This document shows positions 9,307-19,124 of a stretch of 64,000 nt of DNA, in pieces. This DNA is from an uncultured Clostridia bacterium. Lineage in GTDB: Bacteria > Bacillota > Clostridia > TANB77 > CAG-508. The first letter of the stretch is position 1; each line of letters begins with the position of its first letter. Location: NCBI GenBank assembly GCA_904384245.1, contig CAJFJM010000001.1, positions 21,252-85,251 of the forward strand, given 5' to 3'. The translations under genes and the position numbers were made by a program. The notes under the pieces are model-generated. The model saw only the letters and a list, made by a program, of their open reading frames with translations. It did no database searches and was not told the DNA's origin.

Positions 9307-12045
9307 TTGGATAAATTAGTATTAGTTGATGGGAATAGTATAGCAAATCGTGCATTTTATGGAATTATGGGAAGCAAAATGTTAACAACAAAAGATGGAA
9401 AATACACAAATGCAGTATATGGATTTTTAGCAATATTATTTAAAATATTAGAAGATGTAAAACCACAATATATAGCTGTAGCATTTGATTTAAAAGCACC
9501 AACAGCAAGACATAAAATGTATGAAGGATATAAAGCAAACAGAAAAGGCATGCCAGAAGAACTTGCAGAGCAAATGCCAATAATTAAACAAATATTAAAA
9601 GCAATGAATATAGATATAATAGAAAAAGAAGGATATGAGGCAGATGATGTTTTAGGAACTTTATCTAGATTCGGAGAAAAGCAAGGTTTAGAAGTGCATA
9701 TACTTTCAGGAGATAGAGATACTTTTCAACTAGCAACAGATAATGTAAAAATTCATATACCAAGAACAAAACAAGGAAAAACAGAAACAGAAATATATGA
9801 CAGAAACAAAGTAAAAGAAGTATATGGAATAGAGCCAAAACAGTTAATAGAAGTAAAAGGTCTTCAAGGAGATACATCAGACAATATACCAGGGGTACCA
9901 GGAATAGGAGAAAAAACAGCACTTTCTTTAATTCAAAAATATGGAACAATAGAAAATTTATATAATTTATTAGAAAAAAATGAAACAGATTTAAAAGGAA
10001 AACAAAAAGAAAAAATAGAACAAAACAAAGACTTAGCAGAACTTTCACATTTTCTAGGAACAATAAATCTAGAAGTACCAATAGAAGACACTTTAGAAGA
10101 TTTAAAATTAGAAGAATGGAATAAAGATGAAGTTTTAAAAATATTTAAAGAATTAAATTTTAAAAGATATATAGAAAGATTTAATTTAGAAAATCAGTCA
10201 AAAGAACAATTACAAAATGGAGAAATATCAGAAAACGAAGATAATAAATTACAAAATTTATTTAATATTGTGGATATTTCAATAGAAAATATTTTAGAGA
10301 TAATAAAAAATCAAAAACAAATGATATTTTATATACAAACAGCAGAGGATAATATAGAAGAAAAAATAATAAAGAAAAAAATTACATCAATGGCTATATA
10401 TAATAAGGAAAAAAACGAAGTATATAATATTTTTTTCAAGGAAGAAAAAGATGCAAAAATACTAAAAGAAGTTTTAGAAGATGAAAATATAAAAAAGAAA
10501 AGTCATCATTTAAGTGAGACATATATTTTATTAAAACAAATAGATATAGAAATAAGAGGAATAGAATATGATGCAAAAATTGCAGGATATATTTTAAATC
10601 CAACAGATAATAAATTAAAATTAGATGATTTAATAGAACAATATTTAGGTTTAAATATTCAAGACTATACAGGAAAAGAGCAACAAGAACAAATAACACT
10701 ATTTGAAGAAAATAATAAAGACGAAAATAAAGAAAATGATATAAAGAAAAAACAAATTTCATTTTATGCATATGCAATTTCAAAATTAGAAGAAATGATG
10801 ATAGAAAAACTAAAAGAAATAAACGCATTAGATTTATTTTATAATATAGATATACCAACAATAACAGTTTTATCTGATATGCAATGGAATGGAATGTATG
10901 CAAATATTGACGAATTAAATAAATTTGGAGAAGAATTAAAATTAAAAATAGATGAAAAAATGAAAAATATTCACAAATTAGCAGGAGAAGAGTTTAATGT
11001 TAATTCTACAAAACAACTAGGAGAAATACTTTTTGAAAAGATGAAATTACCAGTTATAAAAAAGACAAAAAGTGGATATTCAACAGATGTAGATGTATTA
11101 GAAAAATTAAGAGGAGAAGACCCAATAATAGAAGAAATTTTAGACTATAGACAACTTGCAAAATTAAATTCAACATATATAGAAGGATTAAGACCATATA
11201 TAAATCCAAAAACACACAGAATACACTCATTTTTCCACCAAACAATCACAGCAACAGGAAGAATAAGTTCAACAGAACCAAATTTACAAAACATACCAAC
11301 AAGATTTGAATTAGGAAAAAGAATAAGAAAAATATTTGAACCAGAAAAAGGAAATGTATATATAGATGCAGATTATTCACAAATAGAACTAAGAGTGCTT
11401 GCACATATATCAGGAGACAAACATATGATACAAGCATTTGAGAACAATGAAGATATTCATAAACAAGCAGCATCAAAAGTATTTAAAACACCAATAGACC
11501 AAGTAACAAAAGAGCAAAGAAGTGATGCAAAAGCAGTAAACTTTGGAATAGTATATGGAATAAGTGATTTTGGTTTAGGAGAACAATTAGGAATATCAAG
11601 AAAAATAGCTAAAAAATATATAGATGAATATTTAACAGAATATTCAGGAATAAAAGAATTTATGGAAAACATAACAGAAGAAGCAAAAGAAAAAGGATAT
11701 GTAGAAACATTATTCCACAGAAGAAGATATATTCCAGAACTAAAATCAAAAAATTATATGGTAAGGCAATTTGGAAGCAGAGCAGCAATGAACACACCAA
11801 TTCAAGGAACAGCAGCAGACATTATGAAAATAGCAATGATAAATGTATATAATGAATTAAAGAAAAGAAATTTAAAATCAAAAATTGTATTACAAGTACA
11901 TGATGAAATGATGATAGAAGTACCAGAAAATGAAATAGAAGAAGTTAAAAATATTCTTCAAGAATGTATGCAAAATGCAGTAAAACTAAAAGTACCACTA
12001 ATAGCAGAAGTATCAATAGCTAATAACTGGTATGATTGTAAATAA
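9307..12045 (+). CDS. polA: DNA polymerase I
   Basis: 912 aa; 5'-3' exonuclease N-terminus (LVLVDGNSIANRAFYG), polymerase motifs A (DYSQIELR), B (RSDAKAVNFGIVYG) and C (QVHDE); TTG start after GGAGG. Confidence 0.95.
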   Translation: MDKLVLVDGNSIANRAFYGIMGSKMLTTKDGKYTNAVYGFLAILFKILEDVKPQYIAVAFDLKAPTARHKMYEGYKANRKGMPEELAEQMPIIKQILKAMNIDIIEKEGYEADDVLGTLSRFGEKQGLEVHILSGDRDTFQLATDNVKIHIPRTKQGKTETEIYDRNKVKEVYGIEPKQLIEVKGLQGDTSDNIPGVPGIGEKTALSLIQKYGTIENLYNLLEKNETDLKGKQKEKIEQNKDLAELSHFLGTINLEVPIEDTLEDLKLEEWNKDEVLKIFKELNFKRYIERFNLENQSKEQLQNGEISENEDNKLQNLFNIVDISIENILEIIKNQKQMIFYIQTAEDNIEEKIIKKKITSMAIYNKEKNEVYNIFFKEEKDAKILKEVLEDENIKKKSHHLSETYILLKQIDIEIRGIEYDAKIAGYILNPTDNKLKLDDLIEQYLGLNIQDYTGKEQQEQITLFEENNKDENKENDIKKKQISFYAYAISKLEEMMIEKLKEINALDLFYNIDIPTITVLSDMQWNGMYANIDELNKFGEELKLKIDEKMKNIHKLAGEEFNVNSTKQLGEILFEKMKLPVIKKTKSGYSTDVDVLEKLRGEDPIIEEILDYRQLAKLNSTYIEGLRPYINPKTHRIHSFFHQTITATGRISSTEPNLQNIPTRFELGKRIRKIFEPEKGNVYIDADYSQIELRVLAHISGDKHMIQAFENNEDIHKQAASKVFKTPIDQVTKEQRSDAKAVNFGIVYGISDFGLGEQLGISRKIAKKYIDEYLTEYSGIKEFMENITEEAKEKGYVETLFHRRRYIPELKSKNYMVRQFGSRAAMNTPIQGTAADIMKIAMINVYNELKKRNLKSKIVLQVHDEMMIEVPENEIEEVKNILQECMQNAVKLKVPLIAEVSIANNWYDCK

Positions 12046-12087
12046 ATGTTAGTTTTGTTTTTAAAATTTGAAAAGGAGAAAAATATT

Positions 12088-12675
12088 TTGAAAAAAGTAA
12101 AAAACAAGAAAAAACTAATTTTAACAGTTACAGTGTTAATAATTTTATTTGTAATGATTATTCTATTTGGAGTATTTAAATTGCATACAAGAATAATGGA
12201 GATAATATATCCTAGGGAGTATGATAATTTTGTAGTGCTTTATGCACAAGAATTTCAAGTAGATGAAAATTTAATATATGCTATTATAAAAGCAGAAAGT
12301 AATTTTAATCCAGAAGCGGTTTCTGGAAAATCAGCAAAAGGACTAATGCAATTGGTTGATGATACAGCTTTAGATATTGCTAAACAATTAGGGATAGATA
12401 TGGAAGAAGAAGAAATTATACAGAAATTAAATGATGTAGATTTTAATATTAGGCTTGGAACAAAGTATATATCTATGTTAATTGAAAAATATGAAAATAT
12501 ATCTTTAGCATTAACAGCATATAATGCGGGAATAGGGACTGTAGATACATGGATTGAAAAAGGAACAATTCAAGAGGATGGTTCAGATGTGGAAAATATT
12601 CCATATAAAGAAACAAATCAATATGTTAGAAAAATTTTGAGAGATTATAAAATATATCAAAATTTGTATGCCTAA
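12088..12675 (+). CDS. membrane-anchored lytic transglycosylase (SLT domain)
   Basis: SLT motif ESNFNPEAVSGKSAKGLMQL, AYNAG; N-terminal TM; GGAG RBS before in-frame TTG 12088 (ORF track starts at ATG 12046). Confidence 0.7.
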   Translation: MKKVKNKKKLILTVTVLIILFVMIILFGVFKLHTRIMEIIYPREYDNFVVLYAQEFQVDENLIYAIIKAESNFNPEAVSGKSAKGLMQLVDDTALDIAKQLGIDMEEEEIIQKLNDVDFNIRLGTKYISMLIEKYENISLALTAYNAGIGTVDTWIEKGTIQEDGSDVENIPYKETNQYVRKILRDYKIYQNLYA

Positions 12676-12828
12676 AATACGAATGAAAAGCGAATGAAAT
12701 ATGAATGAATTTGCCTAAAATACCAAATAAAATACGAATAAAATAAGGACTGGACAAATTAAAAAAAATGCAATAAAATATATAATGTAGTTTAGAAAGA
12801 ATAGGAGAATAAAAAATGCGGAGAACAA

Positions 12829-14049
12829 TTGATTTTTGCTGTAATTGCATTTGGATTATTCATATACATGTTTTATGAAATGATAAGAAAAAATGATACA
12901 AGTTATGTGGTAATTCTTATTATTCAGGCATTAGGAATAGCATGCAATTTTATAGAAGTTTTGTTTGATATAAAAGCAAATGCTTTTGTAGTTATTTTAA
13001 AATATATTTTAGCAATACTTATACCGGGGGCAATTATAATATTAACTAAAAAGAATATACCTTTAATGGAGGTAGAAAATGTAGCATTAGCAAATTTTTG
13101 GCTTATGTTAGGTAATAGAAAGATGGCTAAACAATGTTTAATAAATTTAGTTACAAAATATCCTGAAAATTATCAAGGGCATAAAATGTTAGCTGTAATT
13201 TATGAAAAAGAAGGTGGAATGAGAAAAGCAATTGACGAATATGTACAAGCAATTGATAGTAATAAAAAAGATTATGATTCATATTATAAGGTTGCAGAAC
13301 TTTTAACACAATTAGATAAAAAAGATGAAGCAGCTCAGATGTTATTTAATTTATTACAAAAAAAACCAGAATATTATCAGGCAACAATTTTACTTGGTGA
13401 TATTTTAATAGAAAAGGAGCTTTATAAAGAGGCTGCAAATGTTTATCAAGATGCTTTAAGATTTAACCCAGGAAGTTTTGATTTAAATTATAATTTAGGA
13501 ATAGTATATACAATGCTTAATGATTTTCAAAGTGCAAAAATATGTTATGAAAAAGCGGCAGAATTAAATGCAATGTCTTATGTTTCTAAATATTCTTTGG
13601 CAGAGATTGCACTTATTTATAAGGATTTAGAAGAAGCAGAAAAATATTTTATGGAAGTGTTGCAGGATGATGCTTTATCAGCAGATGGATATTATGAATT
13701 GGCAAAAATTGAACTTATAAAAGGGAATAAAGATATGGCTATAAAGTATGTGAATACAGCTATAGATGCAGATTCTAAAAGAATAGTGGCAAAAGTAAAA
13801 AAAGATCCAATTTTTATACCAATTATAGCTAAAATTGCAATTCCTTTTAATTTGGAGGAAAAAGAAGGGGCTAAAAAATTGGCGGAAAAAGAGGTAAGGG
13901 TTAAAGAGCATTTGGAGGAAATGTTTGAGATAACTAGACATTTGAGTTATAGTGATATTGAGCTTTTGAATTATAATAAGGAGAGGGATTTTGATAAAGT
14001 TCATGGTGTGGAGGAAGAGTATAGAAATTTTGATGAGAGACAAAAGTAG
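12829..14049 (+). CDS. TPR-repeat protein with N-terminal transmembrane segments
   Basis: 406 aa; 2-3 N-terminal TM helices then multiple 34-aa TPR-like repeats (…AIDEYVQAI…, …AANVYQDALRFNP…); start codon uncertain. Confidence 0.65.
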   Translation: MIFAVIAFGLFIYMFYEMIRKNDTSYVVILIIQALGIACNFIEVLFDIKANAFVVILKYILAILIPGAIIILTKKNIPLMEVENVALANFWLMLGNRKMAKQCLINLVTKYPENYQGHKMLAVIYEKEGGMRKAIDEYVQAIDSNKKDYDSYYKVAELLTQLDKKDEAAQMLFNLLQKKPEYYQATILLGDILIEKELYKEAANVYQDALRFNPGSFDLNYNLGIVYTMLNDFQSAKICYEKAAELNAMSYVSKYSLAEIALIYKDLEEAEKYFMEVLQDDALSADGYYELAKIELIKGNKDMAIKYVNTAIDADSKRIVAKVKKDPIFIPIIAKIAIPFNLEEKEGAKKLAEKEVRVKEHLEEMFEITRHLSYSDIELLNYNKERDFDKVHGVEEEYRNFDERQK

Positions 14050-14172
14050 GTTTTTGGACCATTAGTGGAGGCTAGTGGTCTATTTTTTTATGAGTCTATT
14101 TTCGAAGTACTAATAATTTTTTATATTGTTTTGAGTTTGTTTGCAAAGGTTACCAATATTTATTGTGAGTCC

Positions 14173-14349
14173 GTTTCCAAAGGTTACTAATAATTTTTTT
14201 ATATTTAAAAACACTCCATAGCAGGGTCGTTTGAAAACCTAATTGGTTGCTCACGCATGTGGGTCTAGGTACGGTTTTCAAGCTGACGCGGGTCTTAGGG
14301 AACTGTCGGTGTTTTAAATATAAAAAAATTATTAGTAACCTTTGGAAAC
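14173..14349. repeat. MITE-like element: near-perfect 42-bp inverted repeats flanking a 94-nt GC-rich core
   Basis: Left arm 14173-14214 (GTTTCCAAAGGTTACTAATAATTTTTTTATATTTAAAAACAC); right arm 14309-14349 is its reverse complement with one indel; core about 50% GC in a mid-20s% genome; partial arm-like copies at 14107-14133 and 14137-14170. Confidence 0.5.
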
Positions 14350-14670
14350 TACTGAGAGATTGTAAATAAAGTGATTTGAGTTTTATGTTATATTGTTTAT
14401 GTTATATTTTATTTTAGATGTTATATTATATTGTTTTTATTTTTTAGATAAATATATAGTGAGTATAAATGTTTATTGTTTTTGAATGACTTTAGTTTAA
14501 AATACTTTTTATTTATCATATCTTTAAATAAAATTATGGTGACTATAGTGATCTCTTTTATTAAAATATTTTTTAAAAATATAGTTGAGTGTTTTTAATT
14601 GTAGCATAATATATGTGGTCTTTTAATAATATTTATAGAAGTATAAAATTTGGAGGTGCTGTGTATTTAT

Positions 14671-15534
14671 ATGGAAAAGGTTTATGGAATTTTGGGTGGA
14701 GATAATAGAAATATAAAATTGGCAAAATTGCTTGCAAAAGAAAATAATATAGTATATACTTATGGCTTAGAAGAGGCAGAGGAATTGTTAGGGATAAGTA
14801 AAATATATAATTGTAATTCAGTTGAGGAATTGGCTTCTAGTAGTGGAATTATAGTTGGACCTATACCATTTTCAAAGGATGGTGTGAATGTTTTAATGCC
14901 TTATAGTAATCAAAAGATAACAATTAAAGAATGTGTAAAAAAGATTTGTAATAATAATAAACTTGTAGTAGGTCAGGTTTCAGATGATATTTATAATTTA
15001 GCTAAAGATAGTAACTTGGAAATTGTAGATATAATGAAGTGTGAAGAGTTAGTTATTTTAAATACGATAGCTACAGCTGAGGGGACAATTCAAGTTTTGA
15101 TGAAAAATACAGATACTATTTTGCAAGGGTTATCTGTTTTGATATTAGGTTTTGGAAAAGTTGCAAAGACTTTGGCATATAAATTGTATAATATGCAAAT
15201 GGATGTGACTTGTGCTGTTAGAAAAAGTACAGATTTAGCATGGATTAAGGCATATGGATATAAAGAAAAAAATATTCATGAATTATCTTCATATGTTGGA
15301 GATTATGATATTATTATAAATACTATTCCAGCTATTGTTGTTGGGAAAAAAGAAATAGAAAAAATAAATAATGAAACACTAGTAGTAGACTTAGCTTCTT
15401 ATCCGGGGGGGATAGATGTTGATGAAATAAAGAAAAAAGACATAAAATATGTATGGGCATTAGGTTTACCAGGAAAAGTAGCACCAGTGACTAGTGCAAA
15501 ATATATTAGGCAAACAATAGAATTATATTTGTAA
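14671..15534 (+). CDS. dpaA: dipicolinate synthase subunit A (SpoVFA/DpaA)
   Basis: N-terminal Rossmann-like GILGGDNRNIKLAKLL, overall DpaA-like; GGAGG RBS 14 nt before ATG 14671. Confidence 0.7.
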   Translation: MEKVYGILGGDNRNIKLAKLLAKENNIVYTYGLEEAEELLGISKIYNCNSVEELASSSGIIVGPIPFSKDGVNVLMPYSNQKITIKECVKKICNNNKLVVGQVSDDIYNLAKDSNLEIVDIMKCEELVILNTIATAEGTIQVLMKNTDTILQGLSVLILGFGKVAKTLAYKLYNMQMDVTCAVRKSTDLAWIKAYGYKEKNIHELSSYVGDYDIIINTIPAIVVGKKEIEKINNETLVVDLASYPGGIDVDEIKKKDIKYVWALGLPGKVAPVTSAKYIRQTIELYL

Positions 15535-15625
15535 TATTATATATGTAAAAAATATAAATATAAAAATTATAATTTGAATAACTATTTGTGTTTTCATAGA
15601 AAAAAGGAAGGGATGAATAAAAAAA

Positions 15626-16416
15626 TGAATGAAGTTTTACAAGCACTAATTTTAGGAGTAGTTCAAGGACTAACAGAATTGTTACCAATATCAAGTTCTG
15701 CACATTTAAATTTAATACCTTGGATATTTAATTGGAATGTTCCAGAGAGTTTTGATGTTGCTTTACATTTTGGGACATTACTTGCAATAGCACTATTTTT
15801 CTTTAAAGATTGGATTTCTTTAATAAAAGGTGGGTATAAACAAGTAGTTAAAAAGGAAAAGTCATTTGAAGGTAAAATGTTTTGGTATATAGTAATAGCA
15901 ACAATACCAGGAGGAATAATAGGATTTCTATTAGATCATTTTGTAGGGGAATCTTTAGGAAAAATGCCATTACTTATAGCCATAGCACTAATTGTTATGG
16001 GAATTATTTTATATGTTGTAGATAAAAAAGCACCAAATAAAACAAAGTATAAAGATATGACTTTTAAACAAACATTTATTATAGGTGTTTCTCAAGCTTT
16101 AGCATTTATACCAGGAGTTTCACGTTCTGGTATAACAATGACAACAGGAAGATTGATGGGTGTTGATAGAGCATCAACTGCTAAATATTCTTTTATGTTA
16201 TCAGCACCAATTGTTTTAGGGGCAACACTTTATAAGTTTAAAGATTTTGTTTTTGGTATGCCTTTTGTAGTAGGAGTTTTATCTAGCTTTTTAGTTGGAT
16301 TACTTGTAATTAAATTTTTATTACAATATTTGCAAAAGGGAAGTTTTAAGGTATTTGCAATTTATAGAATAATTATAGGATTAGTTGTAATTGCAATTTA
16401 TTTTTCTAGAATTTAG
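15626..16416 (+). CDS. uppP: undecaprenyl-diphosphate phosphatase UppP/BacA
   Basis: GLTELLPISSSAHL motif, 8 TM; AGGAAGG RBS before ATG 15626. Confidence 0.9.
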
Positions 16417-16474
16417 AATAAAAATTTTTTCTTAGTGATATTTTTATTAAAAATAAAATTTTCACATATTTAAA

Positions 16475-16517
16475 AGATGAATTGCCAAAAATAATAATGC
16501 GAATTCATCTTTTTTTG
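16475..16517 (+). terminator. rho-independent terminator after uppP
   Basis: AGATGAATT…AATTCATCT hairpin followed by T7. Confidence 0.6.
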
Positions 16518-16617
16518 AATTTATAATGAAAAATTTAGAAATAAATGCTATAATACTTTTAAAGTATTATTATTTAATTTTGCAGATAATGTCTGCAAAA
16601 TTAGAAAGAAGGTAGAA

Positions 16618-17666
16618 ATGGAAAATGAAATAGATATAAGTAAATATAAACAAATTTTTGAGAATATAAAACAAGAGGTACTAAAATCACAATATAAAGC
16701 AATGCAAGCAGTAAATACAGAAATGATATATATGTATTGGAATATTGGAAAAATCATATCAGAAAACATTGAATGGGGAAATAAATTCGTTGATAATCTT
16801 TCTATTGATTTGAAAAATGAATTTCCAAATATTCAAGGTTTTTCAGTTAGAAATTTAAGAAATATGAGAAAGTTTTATGAAGAATATCCTAGTATTGAAA
16901 TTTTGCAGACATTGTCTGCAAAATTGACTTGGTCGCATAATATTTTGCTAATAAATAAAATTAAGGATATGGAAATTAGAAAATGGTATATGAAAGAAAC
17001 AATCAAAAATGGTTGGTCACATGATGTTTTAGCAGACCAAATAAAATATAAATTATATGAAAGACAAGCTATAGCAGAGAAAGTAACAAATTTTGAAAAT
17101 ACATTGCCAGATGCTCAAAGTGATTTAGCTATGCAAACAATGAAAGATCCATATATATTTGATTTTATTGTTTTAAAAGGACAAGTGAAAGAAAAACAAA
17201 TAGAAGATGCTATGATTGAAAAAATAAAAAATGTGCTTATTGAGTTAGGAAATGGATTTGCATTTGTAGGAAATCAGTATAAGATAACAGTAAGTGATAC
17301 AGATTATTTTATAGATTATTCTATCATTTAGAATTAAGATGTTATGTTGTAGTGGAATTAAAAGCGAGAAAATTTAAACCTACTGATGCAGGACAATTGA
17401 ATTTCTATTTATCAGCGATAGATGATATGTTAAGAAAAGATGGAGATAATCCAACAATTGGGATATTACTATGTAAAGAAAAAGACAAACTAACAGCAGA
17501 ATATGCTTTAAAAGATATAAATAAACCTGTTGGCGTAAGCGAATATAAACTTTTACAAGATATACCAGAATATTTGCAATCACAATTACCAAAAGCAGAA
17601 GAAATTGAATTGCATATTAAAGATATTGAAGAAATAGAAAAACAGCAAGATAATGAAGAAGAATAA
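16618..17666 (+). pseudogene. DUF1016/YhcG-family PDDEXK nuclease gene disrupted by a frameshift near 17316
   Basis: ORF 16618..17331 carries the family N-terminal region (…LSAKLTWSHNILLI…); ORF 17352..17666 in another frame carries the C-terminal VELKARKFKPTDAGQLNFYLSAIDD motif; the alternative frame reads …LFYHLELRCYVVVELK… across the gap. Confidence 0.65.
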
Positions 17667-17710
17667 TATATCATTTTAAATTATGCAACCGCAGTTGCAA
17701 AATTATAAAA

Positions 17711-17750
17711 AAATCGTTTTAGATTAAAAATATCTAAAGCGATTTTTTAA
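17711..17750 (+). terminator. rho-independent terminator
   Basis: AAATCGTTTTAG…CTAAAGCGATTT hairpin then T6. Confidence 0.55.
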
Positions 17751-17759
17751 TGAAAATTT

Positions 17760-18900
17760 TTTATCTACATCAAAAAAGATATAAAGTTATACCAAAAACA
17801 ATCAAAAAAGGCTAAAAATTGAAAATGAAGCGAATGAACGGAAGAAGGGAGGGTATGTCTAACTTAAATTTAAACAGTAAGTAATATAGCTTGTGAATAT
17901 ATAATAACATCTGATAAAGAATTTTTTGAAAGAATAGGGGAAAAAAAAACAAAAAGATATTTTGAAGTAGCATATCAATTTGTTTGTGAATACAAGAATT
18001 TAGGAGAACAATATATTTTATCTGCAAAAGTGCATATGGATGAGTAAAGTCCACATATGCACTTAGTTTTTTTGCCAGTTGTTCATACAAAAGATAAAAA
18101 AGGAAATAATATAGATAAACTTGCTAATGTTTTATTGCATAAGGAATTGTCAAAATAAGCAAAGGTTATAGAAAAAGCAGAAAAATATCAAAATGAAAGA
18201 GATAAAATACTTGCAGATAATGAAGAATTACACAATACAGTAAAGCATTTAGAAAATCAGAAGAAAGAATAAAACAGTTAGAAGAGTTAGAAGAAAAGGA
18301 AGATTCATTAGTAGACATTGATAAACTTGTTAAAGATTTTGTAAATATGAAAGAAATAACAAGAACAATGCTTGTATCTTTAGTTGATAAGATAGAAGTA
18401 TCAGAAAATAAAGAAATAACTATATATTATAAATTCAATATTTTAAATGTGGGAAAAGAAGAAACAGGATATGAAGAAACAGAAGGAGCAAAACAAAAAT
18501 ATGTAATATATATGCAAATACAGAATTAGCAGATGAAGTAAGAAGTATAAGAATAGAAGATATAAATAGAGCAGTAGGAGTAGAATTAGGGACAGATGAA
18601 GAAGGAAAGCAAATAGTATATAGAATAGATGATTCAGAGAAAACAAATATTGATCAAATGGGTGTATTAGGAAATGTATATAATTATTGTTCAGGAAATT
18701 ATGACCAGAAAATTATTTAATAGACATGGCAAAAAAGGAAAAACATTAGAAGGAATAACAGAAAAATATGTAGGAGATTCTAATACAGCAACAGCATATT
18801 GACAATACAGATTCATTGGCAGATGGGGGATATTTAGCAGGAACAGACGGAAAGCTTGGAGCAGAAGATAATGGTGAGGAGAATTACTAATATAACAAAA
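17760..18900. mobile_element. decayed remnant of a mobilisable element (Mob/Pre relaxase pseudogene plus serine-recombinase C-terminal fragment plus further fragments)
   Basis: 17890-18270 translates to …SDKEFFERIGEK…AKVHMDE*SPHMHLVFLPVV…ANVLLHKELSK*…, the Mob_Pre HMDE-TPH-HLV motif with in-frame stops and a poly-A frameshift; 18302-18529 gives …LVDKIEVSENKEITIYYKF…, like large serine recombinase C-termini; no intact ORF longer than 60 aa. Confidence 0.55.
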
Positions 18901-19124
18901 AATGAAAGCGATATTTATAAAATTTAATAAAATAGATTCAAATTAAGTGTATAAAATAAAATCTAACATTTTGAATTAACTATATACATTATGTCAAAAC
19001 GATATATTTGTATATAGTTTTTTTATATATAATATTTTATATAAACACAAATATAAAAAATCACATTGTTTTTTTACTCAATATATGTTAAAATAACCAA
19101 AGAATCAAAAAAAGAGGGATAACG

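Noticed and set aside
12671-12722. Short motif GCCTAAAATAC x2 and AGCGAATGAA shared between 12684-12708 and 17820-17843 (considered as att-like boundaries of an island)
   Set aside because: Only about 75% similar over about 30 nt in very AT-rich sequence; the intervening genes (dpaA, uppP) look core; likely chance.
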